Positions 12,027 to 24,454 of a stretch of DNA of 64,000 bases are shown here, piece by piece; the first letter of the stretch is position 1, and each line of letters starts with the position of its first letter. The notes below the pieces were generated by a model that was not told the origin of the DNA, ran no database searches, and saw nothing but the letters and a program-made list of their open reading frames with translations. Both the position numbers and the translations under genes were made by a program. The DNA comes from Calcarisporiella thermophila CBS 279.70 (taxonomy: Eukaryota; Fungi; Calcarisporiellomycota): assembly GCF_041956535.1 (NCBI RefSeq), contig NW_027192202.1, positions 134,515 to 198,514 on the forward strand. The letters are read 5' to 3'.

Positions 12027-13697
12027 ATGTCAACCGCATTCCGGGCGCTCCTCGAGCTCTGTAAGCGCCGGGGCTTCCTCTTTCAGTCTGCTGAGATCCA
12101 CGGTGGCCTCCGTGGAGCATACGATTATGGACCATTGGGCACAGAACTTAAAAAGAATCTTGCAGCCGTGTGGTGGAACACTAATGTCTACCAGCGTGAG
12201 GACGTGGTCGGAATCGATACCAGCATTATTACACCGCCCTCGGTCCTGAAGGCTTCTGGGCACGTGGATCAATTCACCGATGCACTGGTGGATTCCCTTC
12301 TGACGAAAGAGCGATTTCGACCGGACAAAGCTCCGGAGCTGACCTTGATTAAGAAGGAGGGCGAGATGCTGATCCCGATACAGGCGCCGGACAAGGCGGT
12401 GGCGAAGGAGTGGGAGAAAAAGATTAGAGAGCAGATTGTTCCTGGTGCTAAAATATCCCGCAAGGGTCGGGAAATTCTATTGCACGCGGAGGCAATGCGC
12501 GAGGGCCAGCTGATACTTCAGGGAGAAGGAAAAACAAACCATATACAAGTACCCTATAATGGATACGCCGAACCCGATACGAATTCACCATTTCTCACCC
12601 ACCCAAGAGCCTTTAATCTCATGTTTAAAACTTTTCTGGACCCAATCGACCCGCTTGATCGCGCCATTCAGGCTGTTCAAGCCACACCACATGGTAATGT
12701 ACGCGAGGCCGTGGATGCCTCCCTCGCCTCCTCTACGGTATACTTGAGGCCGGAGACTGCTCAAGGAATTTTCATCAATCTCCCCCACCTCCTCCGTACA
12801 ACTCGGCTGCGTCCCCCCTGTGGAGTCGCCCAGCTCGGCAAGTCATTCCGCAACGAAATCAGACTAGAGCATGCAATCTTCCGAACCCCCGAATTTGAGC
12901 AAATGGAGCTGGAGTATTTCGTTCCGCCGAGTGAGGCAGATGGGTGGTTTACATACTGGAAAGAGCAAAGGATGCAGTGGTGGAGGACTTTGGCAAGAAA
13001 TCCGGATGGATTCAGAGCTCGGCCGCACGATCGCAGCGAATTGGCTCACTACGCTAAAGCCTGCGTGGATGTAGAATACAGCTTCCCATGGGGCTGGGGA
13101 GAAGTTGAAGGCGTTGCAAATCGTGGTGACTATGATCTTGTTCAGCATGCACAGGCGACGGGCACCTCATTTGAATGCGGCGGCGACAATGGAGAAAACA
13201 AATTCCTGCCCCACGTCATCGAATCGTCGTGCGGGTTAAATCGTGCGATGCTGGCGTTCATGCTTGATGCCTATGACGAAGTTGTCGAGGAGGCCAATAG
13301 CAGTAGTGCAAAACACTCCTCACGCCCGGTTCTAAGGTTGCATCCTCTCCTTGCTCCCATCAAGGCCGCCGTCATGCCTCTTATTTCACGTCCGGAGCTC
13401 ATTGCTCTCGCTCAGCGTATTGCCGTCAACACACGGAGGCGCATGCGCGAACGAATCGAGTTGGACGCTGCGGGTGGAAATAAGGTTGGCAAGCGCTACT
13501 ACCGGCATGATGAGATTGGAACTCCATGGTGCATCACGGTAGATTTTCAAAGTTTGGAAGATGGGAGTGTGACGATTCGCGATCGTGACACAACACAGCA
13601 GGTACGCGTCCACATGGAAGAAGTCGTTCCCTGGCTGCGCGACAAGATGGAAGTGTATGCTCTTGGCTTTGAGGTAGATGAGTCAGAGAAACAATAA
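12027..13697 (+). CDS. glyQS: Glycyl-tRNA synthetase, alpha2 class IIa, bacterial (glyQS)-type, intronless
   Basis: Motifs LCKRRGFLFQSAEIHGG..YDYGPLG, FNLMF, YLRPETAQG, GKSFRNEI, EFEQMELEYF, LAHYA, FPWGWGEVEGVANRGDYDL, VIESSCGLNR; anticodon-binding domain GKRYYRHDEIGTPWCITVD..VTIRDRDT. Confidence 0.92.
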   Translation: MSTAFRALLELCKRRGFLFQSAEIHGGLRGAYDYGPLGTELKKNLAAVWWNTNVYQREDVVGIDTSIITPPSVLKASGHVDQFTDALVDSLLTKERFRPDKAPELTLIKKEGEMLIPIQAPDKAVAKEWEKKIREQIVPGAKISRKGREILLHAEAMREGQLILQGEGKTNHIQVPYNGYAEPDTNSPFLTHPRAFNLMFKTFLDPIDPLDRAIQAVQATPHGNVREAVDASLASSTVYLRPETAQGIFINLPHLLRTTRLRPPCGVAQLGKSFRNEIRLEHAIFRTPEFEQMELEYFVPPSEADGWFTYWKEQRMQWWRTLARNPDGFRARPHDRSELAHYAKACVDVEYSFPWGWGEVEGVANRGDYDLVQHAQATGTSFECGGDNGENKFLPHVIESSCGLNRAMLAFMLDAYDEVVEEANSSSAKHSSRPVLRLHPLLAPIKAAVMPLISRPELIALAQRIAVNTRRRMRERIELDAAGGNKVGKRYYRHDEIGTPWCITVDFQSLEDGSVTIRDRDTTQQVRVHMEEVVPWLRDKMEVYALGFEVDESEKQ

Positions 13698-13915
13698 ATT
13701 ATTGTGTATATTTTACTCTCATTGAATAGACTGAGTTTATTTCGAGTTGGGTTGGGTCTGGAAATGTTCTCAGTGTTTAACCTTTAAAACATTATCTAAA
13801 TGTACATAGAAAAAATTGCAGAGGGGATACAATGCGGGATGATTGCAAAAGTGTATAAATGCATAGTACTATTGAAATAAGTTTTGACAAGCCCTCAGAG
13901 AAACTATTTGTGCAT

Positions 13916-14923
13916 TTAGACGAGAAACACTAGGGAAGCCAACGTGAGGAGAGCGGGGGGCAGGATCTGCAGAGTGCTTGCCGACGACGCTTCGGCCATT
14001 GAGGCCGAACTCATGCCGTTTTGATACGTGGTATAGGACTTGTTGGGATCATTGATTTCGGCTGCTGACGCCACGCCTCCCGTAGACGACTGTCCCGGTT
14101 CAGTCTCCACGGTAAAGTCAGCGGAACCCTGGCTGGAGGCAGAACCAGCTGCTTCCGAGGTGGAGCTCCCACTAGTGCTTGACTCTACTTCAACACTGCT
14201 CCCTTCGGCGCTGGAGGTCGAGTCCCCCGATTCAGCAGTGGTAGCGGAACCCTCGGAGGATGGACTCGTGCTTGACTCGATGGCAGTGGAGGTGCCTTCT
14301 CCGGCGCTGGGAGAGGAGGATTCAGTGGGAGACGAGCTTTCCTTCCTTTCTCGCATAATCTCGTTCATCATCTCCTCCGTCATCCTCCCCTCGCGCACCA
14401 TCTCCTTCATCATTTCTTCGCTCATGGTACGCTCCCCTTCAACACCAGCACGAGACATTTCCTCGGACTTCTCCTCGCTCGACATTTCCTTGCCCTCGCC
14501 AGCCATCATTTCAGCATTGTGGGGCGCCTCCGTTTTCGTCTTCGCCTTGCACTTCTTTCGCTTCCCCGACAACACCTGCAACGATCCTTTCATCCCATTC
14601 TGGCAGTGCATTCCTACCGTGCAAAAGAATCCCACTTCTCCGACATGCTTCTCCTCCAATGTGATGTTAAATGAGCTCCCAGCCATCTGCACCCCTGAAT
14701 CGAATCCCCCTTCCGCGCGGTCACAGCTGCCCACCTTTGCAGCTTGAGTGACTGAGTGCATCCCGGCGACAAACTTGAACATGATCATGTCGCCGACATG
14801 TAGGGAGCGAGACTCGGGGGGGAAGTACTTCTGGCCACCTTTGCCGACCTCGATCTCAACCATTTTGGCGAGAGATGGGGAGGCCAAGATTGCGAGCAAC
14901 GGAATGCTAAGGAGCGGACGCAT
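13916..14923 (-). CDS. Secreted, probably GPI-anchored cupredoxin-domain protein with Ser/Thr-rich stalk
   Basis: Signal peptide MRPLLSIPLLAILASPSLA; type-1 copper ligands in HSVTQ..GFDSG..FFCTVGMHCQNGM; Met/Glu-rich then S/T/E-rich region; hydrophobic C-terminus. Confidence 0.85.
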   Translation of the reverse strand: MRPLLSIPLLAILASPSLAKMVEIEVGKGGQKYFPPESRSLHVGDMIMFKFVAGMHSVTQAAKVGSCDRAEGGFDSGVQMAGSSFNITLEEKHVGEVGFFCTVGMHCQNGMKGSLQVLSGKRKKCKAKTKTEAPHNAEMMAGEGKEMSSEEKSEEMSRAGVEGERTMSEEMMKEMVREGRMTEEMMNEIMRERKESSSPTESSSPSAGEGTSTAIESSTSPSSEGSATTAESGDSTSSAEGSSVEVESSTSGSSTSEAAGSASSQGSADFTVETEPGQSSTGGVASAAEINDPNKSYTTYQNGMSSASMAEASSASTLQILPPALLTLASLVFLV

Positions 14924-15899
14924 TTTTCTAGCGAGGACGTCAATGAAAGAAGAGAGGATGAAAATTGGATGTGAAAGCGACAAAATTTCCCTCCCTTACA
15001 CAAAATATGAGGAGGCTAGTCTTTATATTAGGTGGTCATCTCGGTTCCCCCTTCCCCTCTCCCCTTCTCAAACATGGATTCGCTCCTAACCTAAGAGCCT
15101 ATTATGAAAAAAAATTAATCGGGTTTGCAATGGGAAACGTGATATCCTTCGAGAAACATGAGGAAATTAGCCGCTGCCTCTTTGCGTCACCAATTGATTT
15201 TCTGTAAAGTAATAATAAGGAGGTTCATGGTTCCACTTTTCTCCCTTTTCTTTTTGGGTTTCTTCCCTACTTGCACACTTTCTGCTACACCCGCTCCCGA
15301 CGTTCCGCCACACCCGCGAAATCTCTGGACATCTCGGGGAATATTTCACGGATGGATGACAGTCACACCTCTCGGTGTGTTTATTTGCGGCGGAGTTTGG
15401 CCTAAATCGTCGACAAGCCTTGGATCCCTGGGATCGAGTGGGTAATACAAGCGCGTTGTCCTCCCCTTCGATGTTCCGAATATGGGCAGCATCACAAGTC
15501 GTCCAATATTGCACCGAATCACTTCCATATCCTCTTAAATAGATTAAAAGTCTTTGACTAATTAGTGCACATATCTATTTTTGTGTATTGGATGGGTCCT
15601 CGCTAGTAGAGGCCGACACAATAATCTTTCCATATCCACGAACATGCTAAGAGATTAAATGAAAATTAGATTGTTTGGCTAATTAGACAAGTGCCATCGG
15701 CGCCAAATTCCCGGTACATTCGAGGGAATAGACCAATGTCTTTTGCAATGTGAACTATTTCTCATTTGATCTAACACAAATCTAATCCACCCCGAAATGC
15801 TTCTCTATTCACACAAGTCAACGATTCAAGCCATCTCGAACTCTAATAAATCAACATGATAGCCATCCATATATACACAGATTAAACAATCCCAGCGCT

Positions 15900-17498
15900 C
15901 TATTCAAATGACGGCGGTATACGGCGAACTATTTCCGAATACTGCCCAAGTTTGTCGACGCCTTTTCCGTACCAGAACATCACCCACTGGGTGTCAGGAA
16001 CTCGGTAATAACCATCCGCTCTCTCAAAATACCACTTGTTTATTCCGTTGGTTGCGCGGCTCCTCCACATCAGATCGGGATAGGCTTCACGAGTACGCTT
16101 CCAGAGGAGATCGGTGAGTCCTACTCCCTGCATCTTGGGGTCGATCGCAAATTTATCCATGTAGGATACACTCTGGGTACCAGCATGTGCAGGATTCAGT
16201 GGCTCTGAAGTGACGACGACTGCGCCATAATAGTCGCCAGCAATAATCACGCTCAAAAGCTTCTTCTCCAACCGCTCGTAAAATCGGTTCGAATTCAGCG
16301 TTCTGCCAAAGGAAGCCTCCAGCAATTGCGTCAAATCTGGCCGGGATATCTCCTCAGCAGAGCGATACTCTCTGACACGCCATCCATGACGGAAAACAGT
16401 GGCTGCCGATTTTTGGCGGTCGGGTTTGTCCGTGATCAGATTGGCAATCAAAGCTGTAGAGGTTGCGTGCGCAGGGACTATGATGCCAGAGGAGGTCAGA
16501 GGTAGCCCAGCCAAACACTTGCGAAGTAGCGATATTTCATCACGTGTGCCGGAAGAGACTGCAGAGGAATGCACGACCTCGTCGTACTCATCCTCTAAAT
16601 TCACCAACTGGCGCACCGCTCCTTTGGCATCTCTCGGCCCACCTTCTCTATTCACAATGATGACTTTTGAGGGCTGTAGGTGAGGTGAACACATTGATCC
16701 GCCGCTGGCCGACTCTGCTTGCGAGAGACCCTCAACCAGTGATGCGACAGCATCGTCTCCAGTAAACGGAACTTGCGTAGACGCCGAAGAAAAGCCAATG
16801 GGAACCACCACTGGGATTTGTCCCAACTGGAAAGCCGACTGAATCGGCTCTAATACAGATGCGATCTCTGGCCGGGTGTCTGCCCCGGTGTCTTTCAAGG
16901 TAAACACGCCGCTCACCGGCCGTGCTCTTCCACCAATTTTCTCTATAACTTCAGCGAATTCAAATGCATCTCTGATTAATTGTCTCCCTCTCCCCTCATC
17001 CCCTCCTATTTGAGAGGTCCTCAAATCCTCAACTACAATGATTGGCATCATTCCCAGTTTTTTCAGCTGAGTCATCGTGGCGGCAATGCCTTCTATCTCT
17101 CTCAGGGAAAATGGCCCTATCACCTTGATAACACACACACGATTGAATGTAGGCGACAGGATCCATTCCGTGCGCTCCTTTCCGGTGAGATCAGTGGTAT
17201 TCTCGGGCGCAAATTGCTTGAGGAATTGTTTGGCCTCGCGCTGGGAAGGATAGGTGTTTAGGATCTTGAAGATGAGCTCGCGATCACGCAGTGTTTTTGA
17301 TTGGGGGTATATTTTATCTAGATTGGTTCGAAGTGCAGGCTTCTGAGGGATTTTGAGCGAGATTTGCTATAGTGCATCTGAGTATATCAAAGGTATTACC
17401 TGAGAAAATAATCTGACACCGATGGCATAGCATGGATGTCGGGAGTTGAAGAACGTGCGATGGGATAAGAATAGCTTGCTATGTAATGATCGTGCCAT
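15900..17498 (-). CDS. ARG2: Mitochondrial N-acetylglutamate synthase (amino-acid acetyltransferase)
   Basis: Basic presequence-like exon 1 (MARSLHSKLFLSHRTFF), then RELIFKILNTYPSQREAKQFL, an AAK-like domain, and a DUF619/NAT domain (LLEASFGR, YMDKFA, LMWRSR..NGINKWYFERADG, WVMFWYG). Confidence 0.8.
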
Positions 17499-17751
17499 AA
17501 TGGAAGGCTGTGTGCTATCAAAATGTATAAGACATTATGCATCCGAGATCGCTTTATTCTTTAATTAAGAACACTTAAATTTTGATTGGCAGCATACAGT
17601 TTGACATGAGATGAGTAAAAAAAATTGAGTTAAATTATGGAAGATTAAAGCATAGTAATTACAATAGATATCAACACAGCAAAAAGCGAAGAAAAAGCAT
17701 AGGCAAGAGGTACAAAGGGAACTCTAAAAATGGGATTTAGCAATGCAATTG

Positions 17752-19312
17752 TTATGAAAAATAAGATGTATTTTGTCTTAAATTATAGGTGAGAAGCTGG
17801 TCAATCATCAAGTATGTTAGCCGAACATCCATTACCGGAAATAGCTATTAAAAACAATCAAAAAGAATTAAGTGTACAGTTGATTACATATAGGGAGTGG
17901 CATATAGTTTTACCTTGATCTTTCCTTCTGACGCAACATAGGCCACATTGGTCCCCAAACGCACCAAACTTAGACGCGACAAATGAATGTTTGAATGATG
18001 TAGAAAATGGCTCTCAACACCTTGAATCAGTGTGATGTCTTGATCGCTTCGTCGTGACAATCGTTGAACTCTGCAGCCCAAGGTATGAGATGATAATGCC
18101 GTCTAATACGAGAAACTGCCACTTACTTTTCGTATATTTGCTTTGCATCCTCAAGAGTAATGGTCAGTGTGATTGTTTTCAGTTCTGTAATATCTCCGAG
18201 TGCATAGGTTAATTCAAGCGGTCTAGCTAGATACTTTCGGCCGGGAACTAGTATAAAATGTAAAATATAAGGATCTCCAAATAGAGAAAGTACCCAAATG
18301 ACTGAACACTTGCTTCGATTCCCATCCCGCACCCTGTCTTTTAGTTGCCACTGAGCCCACTGCTCTGCCATTTCCATCAATTCGAACGGCTGCAATCGAA
18401 ACTTGCATATCCTACAATCAAATTTCGTCTGAAACCATTCCGAGATGAGGTTTGTAAGCCATTGAGGAGCCTTTAGAAGGAGAACAGGATATGGTGAGAA
18501 CTGCGAGGCTTTGCCTAAGAAAAGTTCAACCAATATTCGTTGAGTAAACTAGCTGAAGAAATGAAAAGAGGGTAAAAAGTGGTTACCTTTTAGCAATTCT
18601 GGATAGTCGTTCTTTCTTGCCGAAAAGAAGATGGCATAATAAGCTTGTTCTTTTGCATTTGCTAGATTAATTCAAAATGGTTCAGTAGCTCTTCCCTGAT
18701 AATGCCTTGATAGTACATACAATTTGCCTGGCAGGATATTTTCACTCCAAATGGGTCAGCCAAATAATCATCTAGAATCAATATATGTATTTGAGTATTT
18801 GCAGAGCCCAAAATGCATTTGGATAAAACTTACTTTCAACCTCCACATCCAATTCAAAGAATGACAGATCTATTATCTTCCACCCCTTTCTAATGCCTGT
18901 TTCTTCTTCATTATTTTTTTCGTATTCACCATCAATGGCTGCCACCGCTTCCTCCGCCGCCTGTGCAATGCCTTGTAGTTGCCCCTTAAGCCACTCTTGA
19001 AAATCTTGCGCGTAAGCATGAAATTGAGTAGCATCGAACCGGTAAAGAGGGGTACAATGGTGTGTGGTCAGTGTTTTGCTGAGAAGAATTTCTGTTGCGC
19101 ACACCAAAATATTAGATTTAGCAGAATAAGAAAACCCATTAGTAACGGTGTAACTTGCCTAGATTATATGTGTCGATGGTAGTCGATTCGCTTTGGATTT
19201 GAGATCGCGACGATTTGGAAACTACACGCTCACGACTGCTAGCAGCACCGCGTGGACGCCCGCGAGTGCGCATGGGAGGTGTAAACTGGACGGCGCGGCT
19301 GGTGCTAGCCAT
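17752..19312 (-). CDS. Kinetochore protein CENP-L/Fta1-like
   Basis: Multi-exon. LLSKTLTTHHCTPLYRF, PVLLLKAPQWLTNLISEWFQTKFDC, PLELTY, HSNIHLSRLSLVRLGTNVAYVASEGKIK match the recalled CENP-L/Fta1 family pattern. Confidence 0.7.
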
Positions 19313-20063
19313 GTTTATCTGGGTTTACTATGATCTCCAAAATAATATAGAAACGCGAAATATCCTAAATTAAAATGTTTGGGGGAACCTAACCTAATAT
19401 AACCTAAGAAACCCAATCCGTGACGGTGTAAAGTTGCCATTTGTACCAACTCTGTTTTCTGCACTACCATGCTTGCCCTAACGATGATGAGGCGGGAAAC
19501 GAGGATGTCACCAGCCAAATTTTCGGCCTGATCTGGGTAGGTTCAGCAGCATAATGGGACACCATAAAAATTAATGGAAATTCTATTTTATCGCACCATT
19601 CAATTGGCCGCGTCGAGGAAGAGGATCTTCAAGCATTCTGAAAAATTCTTTGCGTGTAAAACAGGTAATACTATTACTCTTTTCGCAGCCCTTAAAATTT
19701 CTTATATACCTCCTTGTTTTCTTATCGTGGCCCATTGCTTTTCCTTTTTCCGCCTCGCCCAACCTCCGCTGCTCATTCTCTCCTTCAATTCCTATCATCC
19801 TCTAGGAGTGGTAATCGTACATTCCTTTTGTGTCTTCGAATTTTCTACTCTCAGCATTTAGTCCTTTTTCCCACCATCTAATTCGCTGCAGTCGATCGAT
19901 TACTCTCCTTTCCCCTCTACCCAAGACTGGTGCGACAGTGGATGAGGGGAGCAGCCTAATACTGTATATATCATTTTGGAAACATACCGAGACACCGCTG
20001 AGCCGAGAAAAGTGAGGCGGAATACAACGGTAATATCCATATTATATCACATAAAAGGATAAA

Positions 20064-23000
20064 ATGAAAGTTGGTTCAGAAGAGAAGCCCATTACTCACG
20101 ACACACATGACACTGGTTTGGGTTCCGATCCCGTAAGAATACATCCCGAGGATAATGGCGATACGCATGTGCAATTTTTTACAGAAAGGCCAAGCCGGCA
20201 TCTCAATTCCTCCAACCGCAGCAATCTAAACCGACAACGTTCCCTAACGCGTCCGGAGCGTCAGCGGGCACGTATGCCATTGCTCGGAGAAGTCGTTCCG
20301 GGTGGCACAGATTTAAGACGAATGCACTCGGTATTCAAAAGGCAGCCAGGGAACAGAAGTAGTATACAAGGCACACAGGTAATGGAGGACAAGGTAAAGA
20401 CAAGAGTAAAAAGCAAGAGCAAATGGCATTGCAGGCCATGGACATGGTTTTCCTGGGTGATGACTTGTTGCTGCCCCGGGTTCTGCTTAAGCTCAATGGG
20501 GAAAGGCGATCCTCTTATGCAACAAGCGTGGAGAGAAAAGGTAGGATGGTTTATTTGTCGCGCGTATTTCTCAATAATAATTTTGTATTTTTTTTTATCA
20601 GGTTTCGCTCTGCCTCATCGCATTCTTCTTTTGTAGTATTCTTGGCTTTCTTACCTTTGGCATTCAACCATCTCTTTGTCCTGAGAAACGCGAGTTTTTC
20701 TCCTATACCCAAAAACAAAATGGAAAAATCATCAAAGTGTATCGCGAGCATATCACAGTATATGGGCAGCTCTACAGTTTTGAGCTCGTCCGGGATTTCC
20801 TTGCCAATTACGGAGTTCCTGATCTCTCCACGGACTACAAAGGGGTTGATTTATCACCACTCTTTGACGCAACCAACGGTGCTTGTAGTGCATATGATGG
20901 GGGAAGGAAATCAACCGCGGAATGTTCAGTAAGTAGCCCTTATGGTGGATCAATACGTTTACCCACGTGTATCCCCCTCAGCCAACTTCAACGTTCGCTG
21001 AAACCTTTGGGCGTGTTGTTCTACGAATGGGAGAACTTGAGATCAAATAGCGTAGACCTATCGCCCCAGTTGATGGTTCTGAATAATAGAGGTACTAAAA
21101 TACCATCATAGCAGTTTTTTTCTCCTAACCATACCTAATACTATATTTTTGTTTGTTATCAGTTTTGAACATGTCCAGCTATTTAAATAGCTACGACTCT
21201 TACTTTGGCCCAGTAGTCCACAACCTCATCCTAAAAAATATTGGCAGGGACGCAACTGCTGCCTTTGCGTCCCACTATGACACCAATTCCGTAATCCCAT
21301 GTTTGCAACTTCGCTATAACGTGGGCGCCCTCTCAAGCGACACGATTGGGTGTTTTGCTTCCAATGTGATCATGTATGTCTCCCTCGCAGTCATCGTTGC
21401 GCTGATTGTTGTAAGATTTGCGATGGCAGTTGCGTTTAACTGGTTTATTTCACACCGCCTTGTGAAGCCAGGTGGGCGACATGGAATGCCGTGGTCGAGA
21501 AATGCAGGGCAAGGTGGCCATGTTCAGAGACCAGAGTCGTTTTATGAGGATAAGACTGGAGAAAGAACGATGCACTCGGAATGGAGGCAATCGCTTGCTG
21601 GCTCTATGTTTTTGGGCCGTCCCCGCTCCTACTCTCGGTTCAGCCAATTGCCACCCACTGTGGCTACACGGTCTGAAGTGTCATCCCAATCCCATCAAAC
21701 TATTGATACAAAACTCTACACAGTGATGATGGTGACGTGCTATTCGGAGGGATCCTCTGGTATTCGAACCACTCTGGACTCTCTCGCTGCGACTACTTAT
21801 TCGCCAAAGCACAAGTTGTTTTTCATCGTGTGTGACGGTATCATTACTGGCCATGGTAATGCGAAATCAACGCCCGAGTTGGTTGTGGACATGCTGGAGC
21901 TTGAGAGCCACATGAGAGATCCGAAGCCATGCTCATATGTCGCGATTGCAGATGGTGAGAAGCGGCATAATATGGTTAAAGTGGTGAGTCGCTTTGTTTT
22001 CGCTCGAATCCTGATAAATTGGCCAAACCTTTGTTTTTCCCCTGCTAGTATGCTGGACACTATGTTTACAAGGACAACTGGGTGCCTACCGTCGTCGTCG
22101 TCAAGTGTGGCACTCCCTCCGAGGCATTACACCCGAAGCCTGGAAATCGTGGCAAGCGAGACTCTCAGGTTATTTTGATGACCTTTTTCCAGCATGTCCT
22201 CTTCAACGATCGTATGACGGAGTTAGACTATGAACTCTTTTGGAAAATGACATGGCTTATGGGCGGAGTTACGCCAGACAAGTTTGAGACGGTTCTGATG
22301 GTCGATGCCGACACGAAAGTCATGCCCGACTCTCTAGATCACATGGTTGCGGCCATGGTCAATGATGTCACAATCATGGGTATATGTGGCGAGACCAGGA
22401 TTGCAAATAAGCGGCAATCATGTAAGTTCCTCTATACTTGGTAGAGCTACGTGTCATAAATTATACATCTTTGTATACGCTTTACAGGGGTAACGGCTAT
22501 TCAAGTGTTCGAGTACTATATTAATCACCACTATGCAAAGGCTTTTGAGTCGGTGTTTGGAGGCGTTACGTGTTTGCCTGGCTGTTTTTGCATGTACCGT
22601 ATCAAGGCCCCTAAGAGTGGCGGCTGGGTACCCATTCTCGCCAATCCGGATATCCTCCTTGAGTATAACCAGAACATAGTCACTACGTTGCACGCAAAGA
22701 ATCTTCTCCTACTTGGAGAGGACCGCTTTCTCTCCACCCTAATGCTACGCACTTTTCCAAAGCGCCAGATGCTTTTCGTCCCTCAGGCCGTATGCAAAAC
22801 CATTGTTCCTGATACCTTCTCCGTGCTTCTATCCCAGCGGAGACGCTGGATCAATTCGACCATACACAACCTAATGGAGTTGGTGCTGGTATCGGATCTG
22901 TGTGGAATCGCGTGTTTGTCGATGCAATTCGCCGTGTTTATCGAGCTTATGGGCACGGTGGTGCTGCCTGCCGCTATCTGTTTCACGGGATGGTTGATCA

Positions 23001-24168
23001 TTTCTTCATTCATTGGGACGCCGCAAGTGATCCCGCTCCTATTGCTTGCGGCTGTTTTGGGCCTGCCTGCATTTCTTATCGTGATTACAACTAGGAAATT
23101 GGTGTATGTCGGGTGGATGCTTGGTAAATCTTAGTTTATGCAATTTAAGGGGACCGTTTTTTATGTGCTAACATTAACCTCCTTGCTTTTATTTCTTTAG
23201 TGTATCTAATATCGTTACCCATTTGGAATTTCGTTCTCCCAGTGTATGCTTACTGGCATTTCGATGATTTTTCCTGGGGTCAGACTCGCCGTGTCGCCGG
23301 AGAAACTGGAAAAGACGACCATGGGGCAAAAGAAGGCGAGTTCGATTCCTCTAGCATAGCAATGAAAAAATGGGAGGAGTGGGAGCGCGAGCGGCTTGGA
23401 GTGCGAAAGCCTGCGCAGCGGTTAACTCTACGCGAAAGCTCCTATGATACCTTAAACAAACTGCATCTCATGGGTCTGGAGATACCCCCGCCGGCCACAA
23501 GGCCGATTTCACACTCATACAGTTCACACAGTCTTTACCATCCTTCGGATGGGCTGGGCATTTCGAACGCACACTCTGGAGGACGGCTGGGCAGAGCAAG
23601 CTATATACCCTCTCCCTCGCCTCGTCTCTCCTCATACGGCTCCTCACCCACCCTACTCAACGCAGCCTCCACTCTCAAAGCGGGCGCGAGGCCATACTCC
23701 ACCTACTCTGGTCGTAGGAGCACCTATCTTTCCCCGCGAAACCCCGCACGGCTCTCCGCCTTCCCCACCCAACGTCCCGTGGTGAGCATGATCAATGGTC
23801 GGACAAGTGCGCTGATACCAAGACATTCGTTGACGGGCCAAAACATTTTGATGATGAGCTCACCGATGTCGTCCGATGACGATTTACCAGCCCAGGGAGA
23901 TTTTGGAGAGGACTCCAACCTCGGCCGTCGGGGGAGAAAGCTCTCGGACACGTCGCTGCTGAGGTCACCGGAATTAGCTTTGAGCCAAGCTGGCGGAGAT
24001 GACTCATTTAGATATGAGGAGAGTTCGCCGGATCCGACAAGTTGGGAAGGCGGATCCGCTGTCGGCACAGCTTACAAGCATCATGCAGAAGTCTCTGCAC
24101 AATATTCGTTGCCGTCGCCGGCGACTCTCCCCTATGGAGATAGCACCCCTCCGCCAAATAGTAGATAA
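20064..24168 (+). CDS. Chitin synthase, class IV (Chs3-like, GT2)
   Basis: Motifs [15 protein letters not shown], cytochrome-b5-like [73 protein letters not shown]; several GT-AG introns. Confidence 0.95.
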
Positions 24169-24454
24169 AATTGTTTTCTTACCTTGTTTTGCTGCTTTCT
24201 TTGGACCCTACTTCTGTAATAATAATGATTCTAACGCTGAATAATGCTTGTACTCGAGCCATGCCCTCCTACAGTTTCGAAATCTCGGGTCATCATTTCG
24301 CCACCTCACAGAGGTAATAAAGAGCGATTACGGAAAGTGTGTCCATGTGTAATACATGAGCACATGCTGTGCCACACTCCATCATTCCCACGCTTCGTGT
24401 ATATATCGAAATTCTCCTCGCGTTCGGTTTTACGAAAAAAATTGCGAAAAAAAA

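Noticed and set aside
12027-13697. GlyRS as a POLG2-like subunit or as dedicated aa-tRNA supplier for the Pul1-like enzyme
   Set aside because: Catalytic motifs are intact, unlike POLG2, and the gene is about 38 kb from the cluster with many housekeeping genes in between.
15158-15528. Short ORFs upstream of the cupredoxin gene
   Set aside because: No recognisable domain or splice support; probably promoter sequence.
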